Source of the DNA: Pristiophorus japonicus
Lineage: Eukaryota
Reading direction: 5' to 3'
DNA length: 64,000 nt
Assembly (NCBI RefSeq): GCF_044704955.1
Contig: NC_091977.1
Location: 52,700,001 to 52,764,000 of the forward strand
A program made the translations under genes and the position numbers. Numbering within the stretch: the first letter of the stretch is position 1; every line of letters starts with the position of its first letter. Shown piece by piece: positions 63,640 to 64,000 of the stretch. Below the pieces are notes generated by a model. The model was not told the DNA's origin, searched no databases, and worked only from the letters and a program-made list of their open reading frames with translations.

Positions 63640-63984
63640 AGGGTAGATGCAGGGAGGATGTTTCCTATGACTAAAGAGTCTAGAACCAGGGGTCATAGTC
63701 TCATAATAAGGGGTCAGCCATTTAGGGCTGAGATGAGGAGAAATTTCTTCACTCAGAGGGTGGTGAATCTTTGGAATATTCTACTCCAGAGGGCTGTGGA
63801 GGCTGTCGTTGAGCATATTCAAGACCGAGATCGATAAATTTTTGGATATTAAGGGAATCAAGGGATATGGGGATAGTGCACGTAAGTGGAGTTGAGATAG
63901 AAGATCAGCCATGATCTCATTGAATGGCAGAGCAGGCTCAATGGGCCGAATGGCCTACTCCTGCCCCTATTTCTTATGTTCTTA
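63640..63984 (+). mobile_element. CR1 3' fragment
   Basis: RVDAGRMFP...RRNFFTQRVVNLWN, CR1 3' UTR. Confidence 0.95.
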
Positions 63985-64000
63985 TTAATGCTACATCAGC

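Noticed and set aside
3757-63984. Sense-strand bias of CR1 insertions relative to LHFPL2
   Set aside because: Roughly 12 plus versus 8 minus fragments by eye; too few to be meaningful.

Overview
Vertebrate genomic DNA, almost certainly a cartilaginous fish (shark), judged from its repeats: HER1/CR1-type LINEs, SacSINE1-like DeuSINEs, L2, RTE and Tx1 elements. The only clear host coding sequence is the first coding exon of LHFPL2 (59099-59528, + strand). Most of the window is probably its long 5'-UTR introns or upstream DNA and is filled with nested, decayed transposons, MITEs and three minisatellites. The most unusual structure is a GC-rich TIR element with a 3-bp TSD (54229-55697) inserted in a LINE. 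Between 30-bp direct repeats it carries a chimeric minus-strand cargo: an apparently spliced PDCD4-like C-terminus, an RPS13 fragment and a CT-rich tract. This looks like Pack-TIR-style gene capture. Secondary observations are a possible ERV pol/env fossil in two copies, a TSD-bounded Tx1 insertion with a non-poly(A) 3' extension, a MetaSINE-like SINE beside its likely partner LINE, and a Penelope-type hammerhead remnant. All family assignments are by eye from remembered motifs; no database search was run and many boundaries are approximate.
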